Assembly (NCBI GenBank): GCA_000165425.1
Contig: CT868374.1
Location: forward strand, 62,001-126,000
DNA: 64,000 nt
Direction of reading: 5' to 3'
Origin: Paramecium tetraurelia
Lineage: Eukaryota
Numbering within the stretch: the stretch's first letter is position 1; each line of letters starts with the position of its first letter. Below the pieces are notes generated by a model, which saw only the letters and a program-made list of their open reading frames with translations, ran no database searches and had not been told where the DNA came from. This document shows positions 1 to 10,923 of the stretch, piece by piece. The position numbers and the translations under genes were made by a program.

Positions 1-456
1 TAAATTGTTAAGATTATTTATGAGGGAGGCAATCAAAGTTTAATTAAATGTCTAGTATAACAATGTGCAATTATTTTAGGAATAAGAACTAAGATAATGG
101 AAAGACATTCTAATAATTTAAAAGTCCATGATATTATCAAAAATTTAAAGAGTAATTGAATGAAGAATCAATTCAGTACTTCAAGCGTAGAGTATAAACC
201 CCACCAATAAGTAAATTACATTGTAGTTGATGATGAAATTGATCTATTCAAATCTGTCTAAGGTCACAGTACAAATCTGCGTAATTAAACATAGAAGAAA
301 TTAGTTGATTATGATGAAGATGTTGAAATAATATCAAAGAAACCAAAATAGGTTGAGATATATAGATATGTATGCAAAATAAAATGTATATTTTTGATAA
401 AGTTAATAATGTTTGAATAGTTCTAATGTTATCGGATCATAATGTAATCAATTGAT
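1..456 (+). CDS. 3' part of a hypothetical protein (5' end outside window; stop approximate)
   Basis: Code-6 frame open from base 1 (QIVKIIYEGGNQSLIKCLVQQ...). A 25-nt intron gtaattg..ttcag (152-176) removes an in-frame TGA. Confidence 0.5.
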
Positions 457-533
457 AAATCAAAATTTAAATAAAATAGTGAAATCAATAACATTTTTAG
501 TTCATTTTTCCCAAAATATAAAAAATAATAAAA

Positions 534-1371
534 ATGGATCAAGTAGTTAAAAAGAAGCAAGAGTAATTACTATAATGTCTTAAAAAGATATCGAGTAAAC
601 CTCAAACAGATGATGAAGATTAAAAATAGCAGTTACGCAAATTCCAATAGGAGGTGGAATAAAAGTATAAGATGGCTCGTCATAACAACGAGTATCGATT
701 TCCATATGAATATATTGATCAAAGTAGTGACAGTTCATTAGAAGAACTATAAAAAGTAGGCACATATGATCTACGTCAAAAATAATAAAAAAAATAAACT
801 AACAGCAAACATTTACAATCATCCAAAGAATCTATAAAAGCTAAATCCTTGATTAAGATCATGTCTGATAAATCTATGAAAGCCAACAGATAGTCTACTC
901 GATACAAAACAGAATAATATGATGAAAATTAGGTTAGTTACATAGATGCACTAAAAAAGAATAAATCAATAGAAAAACAAACAAACGAATAAATCATTTC
1001 ATTCATTCGTAAATCCGTAGCTAAACGATCGTAATACTCATAACATAATAATAATACATCCAGACAATATATGAATTTGTCTTCAAATAATCACAGCCAC
1101 ATCATGTCATAAAGTTTTAATGGATAAAAAAGTAGAACTTAAAATTATTACCTAAATAAATTCACAAAAATGAAATAAGACATGTTTAAGTAACAAAATT
1201 AAACAAGTACATCACAAATGAACTAAGATTCTAAAATGTATCTTATCCTTTAATAATAGATCATTAAAACATTTTTTCTGCAGTAAGAGTCCAGAATAAT
1301 CGAGTACCATCAATTTAAAGAATAAACTAGCAGAAATGTGTAAAAGATAGCCATTAAAAGTAATCAAATGA
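534..1371 (+). CDS. Hypothetical hydrophilic protein
   Basis: MDQVVKKKQEQLLQCLKKISSKPQTDDEDQKQQLRKF...; one 22-nt intron gtatcttatcctttaataatag restores frame to ...KRQPLKVIK-TGA. Confidence 0.65.
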
Positions 1372-1417
1372 AATATATAAAATACTACTTTCTCTTTTAT
1401 AAATAGATATTTTAATT

Positions 1418-2491
1418 TCATTCCTGCTTGCTCTTTTACACTTATAATTTATCTTGTAACTATTTATTTTGCTTAATTAATTGTTCATTCTATCATATGA
1501 AAAACATTATTACTTTTTTCCCCAATTTCAGTATTTTTTCTTAAGCCAACTTGAAGATTTCATAATTGCCTGGTTTAGCCTATAGGAATAGTTCCTTCAC
1601 GTATGTTTATTTATGCATTTTTTCTATGATTTCGTTTAAACTATTAACTAATTCTTAATATTGCTGATCAATCGACAATCCAGTAACATAGTTTTGAATT
1701 TCTTGGACAAACCCTTAGAACTCAACCTTTTCTTGTTCTAATTGTCGACTGCCTTTAATAAAGTACTATATACATGTCTTATTATTAATTAATGAGATCT
1801 TGCGTCAACTTTTTCATATCTTCTTGATTCTTATCAAGTAATTGTTAAGTAGTCGAGATCTCTTGTTATTTGTTATCGATTTCCTTTTTCAACGAATCAA
1901 TTTATATGTTCAATTGACTAATTTCATATTTCAACCCAGTTTGAGCTAGATTTAATTATTAAATTTATTTTTCTAGATCCTCCCTTTTTGTTTTTTCTGA
2001 TTAATAATATGACTTTATTCTCTAGAATTTTTATGAAGCTGATTTTTGTTCTTCATCCAATTTATTTTCCAAAAGTTCTAATTGAGTTTTAAGTGTGAAC
2101 ACTTGAGCATGTAATTTTTCGTTCTCTTAAACTTAAATGTCTAATGATTATTCAGCTTGATTAATTCTAATGGTCCATTAATCTTATTGGGAATTATTAA
2201 AGACTTTGCCTAAAAAGCTAGGTTTCTTATATACAAGATTTCAGATACCTTAGTATCAGAAATGCTCTTTAATTTTTTCTCATATTCATCAACTTTGATG
2301 CCCAGAATTTCAACTTATTCTTTTTCATTTGATAACTTTTTCTCAGTGTATTCTAATTTTTCTTCCAATGTTTGCGCTATTTTATGTTCCTGCTCCAGTT
2401 TGGTTTCCAAATCTTTGTTTTTTTATTATAAATCAGTCAGAGCTACCTTTAATTTAGTTATGTATTATTGCATAGCATTGACTTAATCCAT
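1418..2491 (-). CDS. Coiled-coil protein
   Basis: MDQVNAMQQYITKLKVALTDLQQKNKDLETKLEQEHKIAQTLEEKLEY...; heptad E/K/Q/L composition; ends ...KQE-TGA. Confidence 0.7.
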
Positions 2492-2539
2492 TATTAATTT
2501 ATTTAACACATTAAAAACGCAAATTATAATAATTAACGT

Positions 2540-3085
2540 ATGTAATAAACACATTTAAAATGCACTTGCTAACAATTAAGTTAAGTTAACACTATCAGAG
2601 AAGATCCTGGGTTGGTTGAGAAATTGAAAGAAAGGTAAATGGAATTAGAGGAGAAATAATTGGAATTTGAACATAAAAAGGGTAATTTGGAGAGAGAGAA
2701 TGTGATGCTAGAAGAGAATATTAAAATAGAGTTACAAGGTTTGAAAGGTTGATTATTCAGTGTTGATTATTAGAAAACCAATTGATTCAATAATAATTGA
2801 TAGAAGAACTAAGAAATAACAAAATCTCAGCTTATAAGAGACAAAATGAATTACACTTATTAATACAGAATGTCCATGAAAATGAGGCAGAAAAGAAGGT
2901 TTTTAATATGGCTATGCTAGCAATTATTGAATGAAGTTGAATTTCTTAAATAATCTCTTCTTCACACAAATGAAAATTAACAACAATTGGCCAAGAAGGA
3001 AGAACATATAAAACTATTACTTAATCGCATTTAGGAGTTGGAATTGAGTATAACTTAATTAAAGCGAGAGATATAATATAAATGA
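2540..3085 (+). CDS. Small coiled-coil protein
   Basis: MQQTHLKCTCQQLSQVNTIREDPGLVEKLKERQMELEEK...IQELELSITQLKREIQYK-TGA; two tiny GT-AG introns (26 and 22 nt). Confidence 0.7.
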
Positions 3086-3094
3086 TTAAATTTA

Positions 3095-3955
3095 ATGTAA
3101 TTTTATTAAAATTTATATGATGAAAATCCTTACTTTAACAGATTCTTCTAGGAACACTTCTTATATTAGGGATTCAATATTCAATTAAATGGTTTGCCTC
3201 ATTTCAAATCCTAGTTTAATTTGATAAACAAAGACCATCTGAATTTGACTTGGAAATGTAAATAAGACAATCAGAAATTTATTTTCATAGCAAACAATTA
3301 GAGTACAAATACAATTATAAAATCGTAGTCACAAGACTAAGAAGTAATTAACAATTTCATATTGTAGTAAATCCAATACTAATTTCATTTGATCAATAGA
3401 TCCAATAGATATAGTGTCTTACTTGCTTTGAAATACAATTACGAAAAGGATATTCTCATCAAACATACATTTACTCCTCAAATTTAGATCAGTTAGAATT
3501 CAGGGAACAATTCCAATCTAGATGTTGGATTCAAATATAGCTATTTGAGCAAATTAGACAATGTACGAGTCAGATTTAATATATTTTCATCTCTTTTAAA
3601 TAGATAAAATACAGAATATTAATTGATTGGCAATTTCACAAAGCCTTATAAATTATAGATTGGATTATAAAACAGCAGAATTTGGGTGGGTTTCATTTAT
3701 AAGGCTAAGATTTTAAATACATATAGTGTTGCACATTATAATATTCCTAATAGGAAATATGATGCCAATGCATATTTTCAGATCAAACCAATTGAAAATA
3801 GGTTGGATAATAAATTAAAATTCTTGTTTGGTGTTTCAACAGAAAAAGAGATATTAGGAAAAATCGATTTTTTAACAAAAGTGGGAACATTGGGATATTG
3901 TCTAAAATGGTAACACGTAAAAGGGATGAGTATGGGATATAATATTGAAATATGA
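3095..3955 (+). CDS. Beta-strand-rich hypothetical protein, candidate mitochondrial outer-membrane beta-barrel (porin-3/Tom40/VDAC-like)
   Basis: MQFYQNLYDENPYFNRFFQEHFLYQGFNIQLN...; amphipathic strands (YSVLLALKY, LDVGFKYSY, VRVRFNI, LKFLFGV); C-terminus ...GMSMGYNIEI-TGA. Splicing near 3300-3400 is unresolved. Confidence 0.45.
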
Positions 3956-3991
3956 ATTAAATTATAAAATATATATATAAATTAATTAAAA

Positions 3992-4210
3992 ATGGATTAA
4001 TTGCTAGGGAAAATATTTTAATTGATAGCTATTGCTGCATTTCTATATGGCACATTAACAACATTTGGCCAACCATTATTAGGTGAACAATACTCGATGT
4101 TTTTCTTTCCAAGATGGTTTTTCAATTGGGCACCTGGTCTAGTAATAGGAAGTGTTTTAGGGTTGATATTGATGTATTTGAATAAATAGAGTAACATGAA
4201 AAAGAAATGA
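3992..4210 (+). CDS. DPM2: Dolichol-phosphate-mannose synthase regulatory subunit DPM2-like (72 aa, 2 TM)
   Basis: MDQLLGKIFQLIAIAAFLYGTLTTFGQPLLGEQYSMFFFPRWFFNWAPGLVIGSVLGLILMYLNKQSNMKKK. Has DQxxG start, FxPR between two TM helices and a terminal dilysine, as in DPM2. Confidence 0.7.
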
Positions 4211-4548
4211 ATTTAATAAATATATTTAATATTCATATTCAACCAATTTCTTTAAGCTCATCTCAATCAAACAGCTTGACCTAGCAGTATAAACACCTAA
4301 ATATAGAGTGTCAGCAATGCATCTCAATCAAGTCACAAAAGAGAAGAATCATTGTCTCCAGATAATATTACCAAGAAAAAAGCAGACATGCTAATAGATA
4401 TATAACACACAGTAGAAGTGGTGCAATTATTCAATCCTGAAATGGGTTGGTTAAAAAATTGAATAACTCTAATAATAATTCTACAGGCTAAATTTACCAC
4501 CAATTGAAATGAAATAAAGACTATGAAAGAAATCTAAGTATTCATAAA

Positions 4549-5121
4549 ATGGATTTTCGTTTACTTATCACAGCTCAAGTCCCAAAACATCATTTGTCTC
4601 TTAAAGCATCCTTATGTCTTCTTTAGATATCCATAATATTTTTGGATCTTCATACTTCATTCCTTTATTTTTATGGTTTATTATTCACTTTACTTTGTAA
4701 AATATTCAACCCTCATCTATATTTCTCTTTTCTTCCATTTCATTCCCATTCCATTTCACTTTCTTTATCCAACTTTATAATATATTTTTCTGATTCTTTT
4801 GTTGCACTATTATCAAAGCCATTGATAATCCGTCATCTATAATTATGGCTACTCTCTGGTTTAATGCAGCTTGCACTCTAAGATTAAATTACTTTTTATA
4901 AATTGATTTGCTCCCTTAATAACAGTGACTACAAAAATAGCGATGATTATTCCATAATATATGAATAGAAGAACTTCAAATATAGTTTTGACATGTTGAA
5001 AGACTCTGATTTTACTTTAAGTAATAATCAACTTTTATGCAGAGATCCTTCAATATTTATTAAACCTTATAAGTATCAATTGATAGTTGAATATAAATAC
5101 AAAAACAGAATTGAAAATTGA
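4549..5121 (+). CDS. Possible hypothetical membrane protein (ambiguous region)
   Basis: 191-codon TGA-free code-6 frame MDFRLLITAQ...YKYKNRIEN. The opposite strand also shows broken coding-like frames, so this could be a relic. Confidence 0.3.
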
Positions 5122-5158
5122 TTTTTAAATGTAAATATGGCTGATTATTATGTATAAA

Positions 5159-6329
5159 TCATTCAGATAACTTTTGGTTGATGTATTCAATTAATCTATC
5201 TACGATGTCAATTTCAGTTTATCTAATTATAATAAGTGTGAATACCTGCTGACTTTTTAATTGCTATATTCTTGATCTTCTAATTCGTTAATTCTAGTTG
5301 CATCTTGAATATTTAATTGAGTAACTTCAACGATGGCATTAGAAATATTAATTAGTCCATCTAATTCATTTAATCTTGATTAGATCTCCTTGAGTCTGTT
5401 ATTTGCAGTAGCCAATGAAACTTGGAGAGTTTATTTTTCATTTCTCAAATCATCACCTAATCTAGTGAGATTTTCAACTTAAGTCTTGTGGTTAGCTTCT
5501 AATTAATCTTAACCTTCTTGTAATGCAGTGATTAATCTAGCAACTAAGCTCAAAACATTATTTAAAGTTTCTGGATTGACTTTGGTGGTCATTTCAGCTA
5601 ATCCTTCAATGATTGGTTGGAACAATGTTAATGAACTTTTCTTTGTGTGTGCTTCTAAGATTTCTTTGATCTTTTGGAAATTCTCTTTGGTTTAGATGAG
5701 ATTGCTCTTTGTGTCTTATCTAAAGAGATAGTATGAATGATATACGTCAATTAAATTAATGATGCTCCTTCTCCTCTCAAATTAAGAAGTAATCTTTAAG
5801 CTTCCTTGCATGCAAGAATAGCATCACTATAATCTTAAAATTTAGCAGCAAAATCTGTGTTTTCAGCATCCAATCTGCCTTGGGCATCACCACTTCCTCT
5901 AGAATTACGATCTAAGGCTGCCTAATCTAAATAATAGTCAAAATGTAATATACCTTCTTTGACTCTTGTTTGTAATGTACTTAATTCATTGGTCAAACTT
6001 GATTGTTCTTATCTTTAATTGTCAAGATCTTATTAAGCTTATTCAAGAGTGGCTTAGAGTTTAGCCAAATCAACTTGACTTCTTCTAGTAAAAGTGGCAC
6101 TTTCTTAGTCTTACAATTAGGTTAAGGCTATCAATTCATCCTTAATTTATTATAAGAGCTATTTTAATTCATTTAATGATCCTCCTGTTTTCATGTTAAC
6201 ACTTACTAAATTTATCATGGATGAACCAAAAGGATGATCACCATATCCTGACAGTCTTTCCTTGAGTTCAGAAACTGTAGTTGCCTAGAGACAGGCAATC
6301 AAAACAACAACCAACAAAGCTGATTTCAT
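5159..6329 (-). CDS. Trichocyst matrix protein (TMP/GRL family) precursor
   Basis: Signal peptide MKSALLVVVLIACLQA; pro-region DHPFGSSMINLVSVNMKT-GG processing site; two helical mature regions separated by GASLIQL...PIIEGLAEM; about 370 aa; two tiny introns. Confidence 0.9.
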
Positions 6330-6403
6330 TTATTATATTAATCAAAAGAAAGGAAAAAAGAGAAAAACGAATATTATCTTAAACATAATTATTACTATAC
6401 AAA

Positions 6404-7315
6404 TCACTTTTTGAATCCTCTTCTTTCCTTCATTCTTTTGATTGCTTCTTCCTTTGTTAATTCTTCATCGTCATCTGATTCATCATCATCCACATCATCT
6501 CCCTCATAATCTTCATCTTCCACATGTACATCCAAATAGTATTCCAAAGAATATGGCAATATTTCATCATAAATCAATCTACAAATGTCATAACACATAT
6601 CCATCTTTTACTATTGTTCTTCCTTCTTGTCCTCTTCCAATTTCTCCCAATCCTTTACATCCAAATTCTTAAATAATTAAAACAATGTCTTTTATTCTAC
6701 TTCCTTGACCTTCTTCTTCTACTTGTTCTTCTTCTTAACAATCTTCACTGAGATGTTCTTCCCTTCCTTCCAATTTATTTTTGTGCTCTCAACCTTAATT
6801 GGCTCTCCCACTTTATCAGCCAATTAAAACTCCACTTTCAATTCTTCCTCTGGGAAATAGTCATTTGCTTTGAATTAGAACACCAATCCTAACTTGTGTT
6901 ATTCCTTGTTTTCGAATCCTTTGATATTTGTAATTGCCTTTAATAATGGTTCATCCTTATCTCCAATCACTTCAGTTTTTAAAGTCTTTGAATTTAACAA
7001 CACCTTAGACCAATAATTTTCTATTGGTTCTTAGTTATCCAATATTGGTTACTCTTGAGCATTTAAATATTCCTTCAAGTCTTCCACTTCCTCTTCCTTT
7101 ACTAATCTTTAACCTGAGATTATTTAATTTGAGGCTTCTATTAAAGGTTCAACTTTCCTCTTATAATCAGCTTCCATCTAGTCCAATTCCTAATCCTATT
7201 AATGATCCAAGTTCTTTCTGTCATACAAACACTATGACAAGGCAATTAATTAAATCTTCGTCTAGAGATCATAACCTTTAAGTTTCTCTTTGATTTGATC
7301 GTAATTAAATTCCAT
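6404..7315 (-). CDS. NAP1: Nucleosome assembly protein (NAP1 family)
   Basis: Intronless 303 aa with PIENYWSKVLLN, IGDKDEPLLKAI, FKANDYF, STKINWKEGKNI, DEILPYSLEYY and an acidic tail. Confidence 0.92.
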
Positions 7316-7343
7316 TTAAAATTAATAATATTTTAATATAAAA

Positions 7344-9697
7344 TCAAAGTTTTAGGTTTTTGTTGCAATTCTCTTTAATAAACTTTTCTAAAATCTGAGA
7401 ATTACTAGATAAACTTTATATTTCTTGGTGATTTATAGTCTTCAGCTTCTCAATAGAGTAAAGACTTTCACTTAGTATGAATTTTGTAGAAAACCCCAAG
7501 AACCTAAAATCATTCTCTTATTATATACTTGAGCAAGTCCTCTGATTTAAACTAACGTAAGTCATATTAGTAATATTCCAAGAATTTAGTATAATGATTT
7601 CTATATGATTCTACAATGCTTTCATAATTATATTTAATTGCATTTGTTTATATCAACTAAACAACATCTTCTACATCGTACTTCTCTTTTTCCATCAAAA
7701 TTTCATTAATTTAATTAGATGCCAACTTCAATTATGAAACAAATATTTACTTAGCTTTTTAAAGTTAACTTTTATAATACTGTTTTTACATTAACCATCA
7801 TCTCTTTAAAACTATCATTTAAAATGTAATTAATTGGATCTATATATTATATCAATTGATTCTATAAGGGATATTACTATGTAATTTTATCTGCATCGTT
7901 AAACGATTATATATTTTACAGAACTGATTATTGATAATTGATTATTAGAAATCGAAATAAATCTACTTTATGATCCAAAACTTAAATCAACTTACCCAAA
8001 CATTAAGACAAATTTTCAGCCAATTATGCTTTAGCCAAATATCCCTTTAAAATTATTTTTAACATATTGACATTTGATTCATAATCTTTATATGAAATGA
8101 CATCTTTTTTTTTAATTATCTTACACTCGTTATTCTAACAAGATTATTGTTATTTAAAATAGTTATTTTGAAGTTGTTGTTTATCATAATTAAGATCTGG
8201 TAATGTTTTATATTATTGATTATTCTTCGTGATTTATTCTATCTTATCCACTTATTATTTTTTATTGACTTCCTCTTTTTTGTCTACTTAACTAAAATTT
8301 TATCTCAATTAAGAATCACTTTCGGATTTGCAAGATTTGGGTATGTACTTGTTTTACTATAATGAGATTTTAAATTTGTTTATCTGTGTTCTTTTATCTT
8401 TTTGATTTGAGTATTTTTTAGTATCTGAAGTTGTATAATTATTTTAGGATGGTATATGGGTTCTTTCAGGAGTTTGAGTGCATCTTAAATCTAAATTTTC
8501 AGGTGAATTGTCACATGTTTTTGTTTAATTATCACTATTCTCTTAAGATTTATTTTACCTTCCTCTTGAAAAAGAATCTGATATAAATCAATTAAATACA
8601 TGCCTTTTTAAACAGTTTATATATGATGAAATCTTCTAATTATAGTCCCATTCTCAGATTTCTATTTCAAAGGAGGTTTTTAATTGATTTTTTGGTTTGT
8701 TGTAGTTTGTTAATCTTGTGATTAAAGGTGTCTCTCAAGGGAATGAGAATTTAGATGTTATTATTTGTGAGTTTAAGAACTAGGTTTACAAATTGTAATT
8801 TAATCAAAGATTTCAAATAACTGATCCCAATGAAATCTATCTTTTTCATGGTATTTTATACATCCGCTCAATATATATTGTAACAATGCAATATCTTATT
8901 CACAACCCTAATTCTTGAATTACTTTATAGAATATTCCTTATCCAAAACCTACATTTTTTAATATAATTATTCATAAGTGTGAACATCAAAATAATTATC
9001 TTAGAAGATAAGGAAATACATTAACAATCCGAACTATATTTAAGTAAAAACTTACACTAAAGACATCTGTTTTGGATGTATATTTGCCAGTCATTAATGC
9101 TTGAGGTGATACGTATAATGGAGTACCAATAATTGTCTAGACAATGAATTGACTATCAAAATTCAGAATCTTTCCAAAGCCGAAATCACATATCTAATAC
9201 ATTAATTAGTTCATTACTTTAATTTTGTTATCATTTCCAATTAAGACATTCTCAGGCTTGAGATCTCTATGGATAATATTGTGAGAATAGAGATCACGAT
9301 AACCATTTATGATCTACTTAGCTATATCTGTGATTTCTAGAAGTGATAATAATTATTTCTCTCTCTTTTTGTTTAATATATAGTCACTCAAAGTTTGTTT
9401 GCACCTCTCCATAAATATATATACCTTGTTATTCTATTTAACAATATGGTATATTTTAATCAGATGGGGATTGTCAAATTCTTTGAGTTTAGATAAAATT
9501 TAAGTTTCTCTGCCCAGCAACTTTTCATTCTCTTAGGTTAGTTTAATTATCTGATTTAAATTATTTTATACTTTAACACATATTGGATGATCTGTGCTTA
9601 TTTATTTAGCCCCATGAACCTTACCAAAGGCTCCAGATCCTATAGCGTCTGTTAAATTCACACAATAATCTCCAAATATTAGTTAATTAGTGTACAT
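7344..9697 (-). CDS. Ser/Thr protein kinase (ULK/ATG1-like ciliate family) with long C-terminal region
   Basis: IGSGAFGKV, CVK, HRDLKPENV, ICDFG, GTPLYVSPQ, KTDVFS; several tiny introns including a probable GC-AG at 8578-8603. Confidence 0.88.
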
Positions 9698-9753
9698 AAA
9701 AATTATTATTATAATTTATTCGATTGCATAAATAGATTTAATATAATTAAATA

Positions 9754-10729
9754 TCAATGTTTAATGTAAGTATCCCAAAAGATCCGACTTTGCTCGTATC
9801 TATAAATTATTTATATTAAATACCCAACCAATTGCGCTGAACTTGCTACCATGTAGTAGATTGCACAACTGTTGAACCCTTGCCAAAAGCCTTTGAAACC
9901 TCCTGCTTTGTAAATTTCTTTAACACACTTTGAGATACCACCATCCATCCCTTAATACTTTCGGTTTTATTTAGATTCAAGAATTTCATACTATATTTTT
10001 GTTTTCACCATATCCTATGGATACGAAAAGCAAATGCAAACTATGCCTGCTGTTATTCCAGCCAGGAATTGATCAAATATCGTTAAATATCCTTTCTCCT
10101 TTTGTAAATACTACTTAGTAGATTCAAATGCAATAAAGAAAGTTGTGTATTGAGGGATGTCTCTGAATATTGTGGAATAGACTCCCTTGAAGACTGATGC
10201 TATGCCTTCCTTATTCACAAACTCAAATATGCATCTCAAAACGGATTTATGAGTCCGTTCTGAAATCTACATTTGGAATACAATCTTAAATAATTCCGAT
10301 GGACTTGTGGCAAAACTCTATATAAATCCAGCATAAGCTCCACCAACACCCCCTGCTTAATGAAGTTAAAGATACAATGCATTAGTTAATACGAATATCT
10401 GTCAACTTAAAAATATCTCATGTATTATTCATAACATGCAAATAATGTTACTGAAACTGGAAAACTAAAGAAAAGTGGTGATATAACTCCTTTATAAAAA
10501 GCAAAAGGCTAGCATTATTTATGATATAGATTAGTACTCCTTCCTAATTAAATATTTTATAGGCTGTTTTAAGAATGGATGTGTTTTCAGAAAACATTTA
10601 CATTCTCACTTTAATTGTGCTAATATTAAAAATTGATGGTTACTCGAATGGATGTGCACTCAGTACAAAAGTAATGCCTCCAATTGAGCCAGCAAATGTG
10701 TCCTCGAGAATGTCATTCCATTAATCCAT
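9754..10729 (-). CDS. Mitochondrial carrier (SLC25; carnitine/ornithine-carrier-like)
   Basis: FAGSIGGITFVLSAHPF-TIKVRMQ, FYKGVISPL, SPSELFKIVFQ, FKGVYSTIFRDIP, YPQDMVKTKIQ: three carrier repeats. Confidence 0.92.
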
Positions 10730-10923
10730 TTACAATATCAAAATACTCTATATAATATTCTTATTTATGGTTTTTAATTAAATTGTTAGTAATCAGCTAT
10801 CTAAAATATATTTATTTTGATCATCCATAAATTATTGGAGAATAGATATGACCAAATATGATATAAGCTTAATAATTATGAATTTAATTTATAATTTAAA
10901 TCAATTTTATGATTGCCGTTCTA

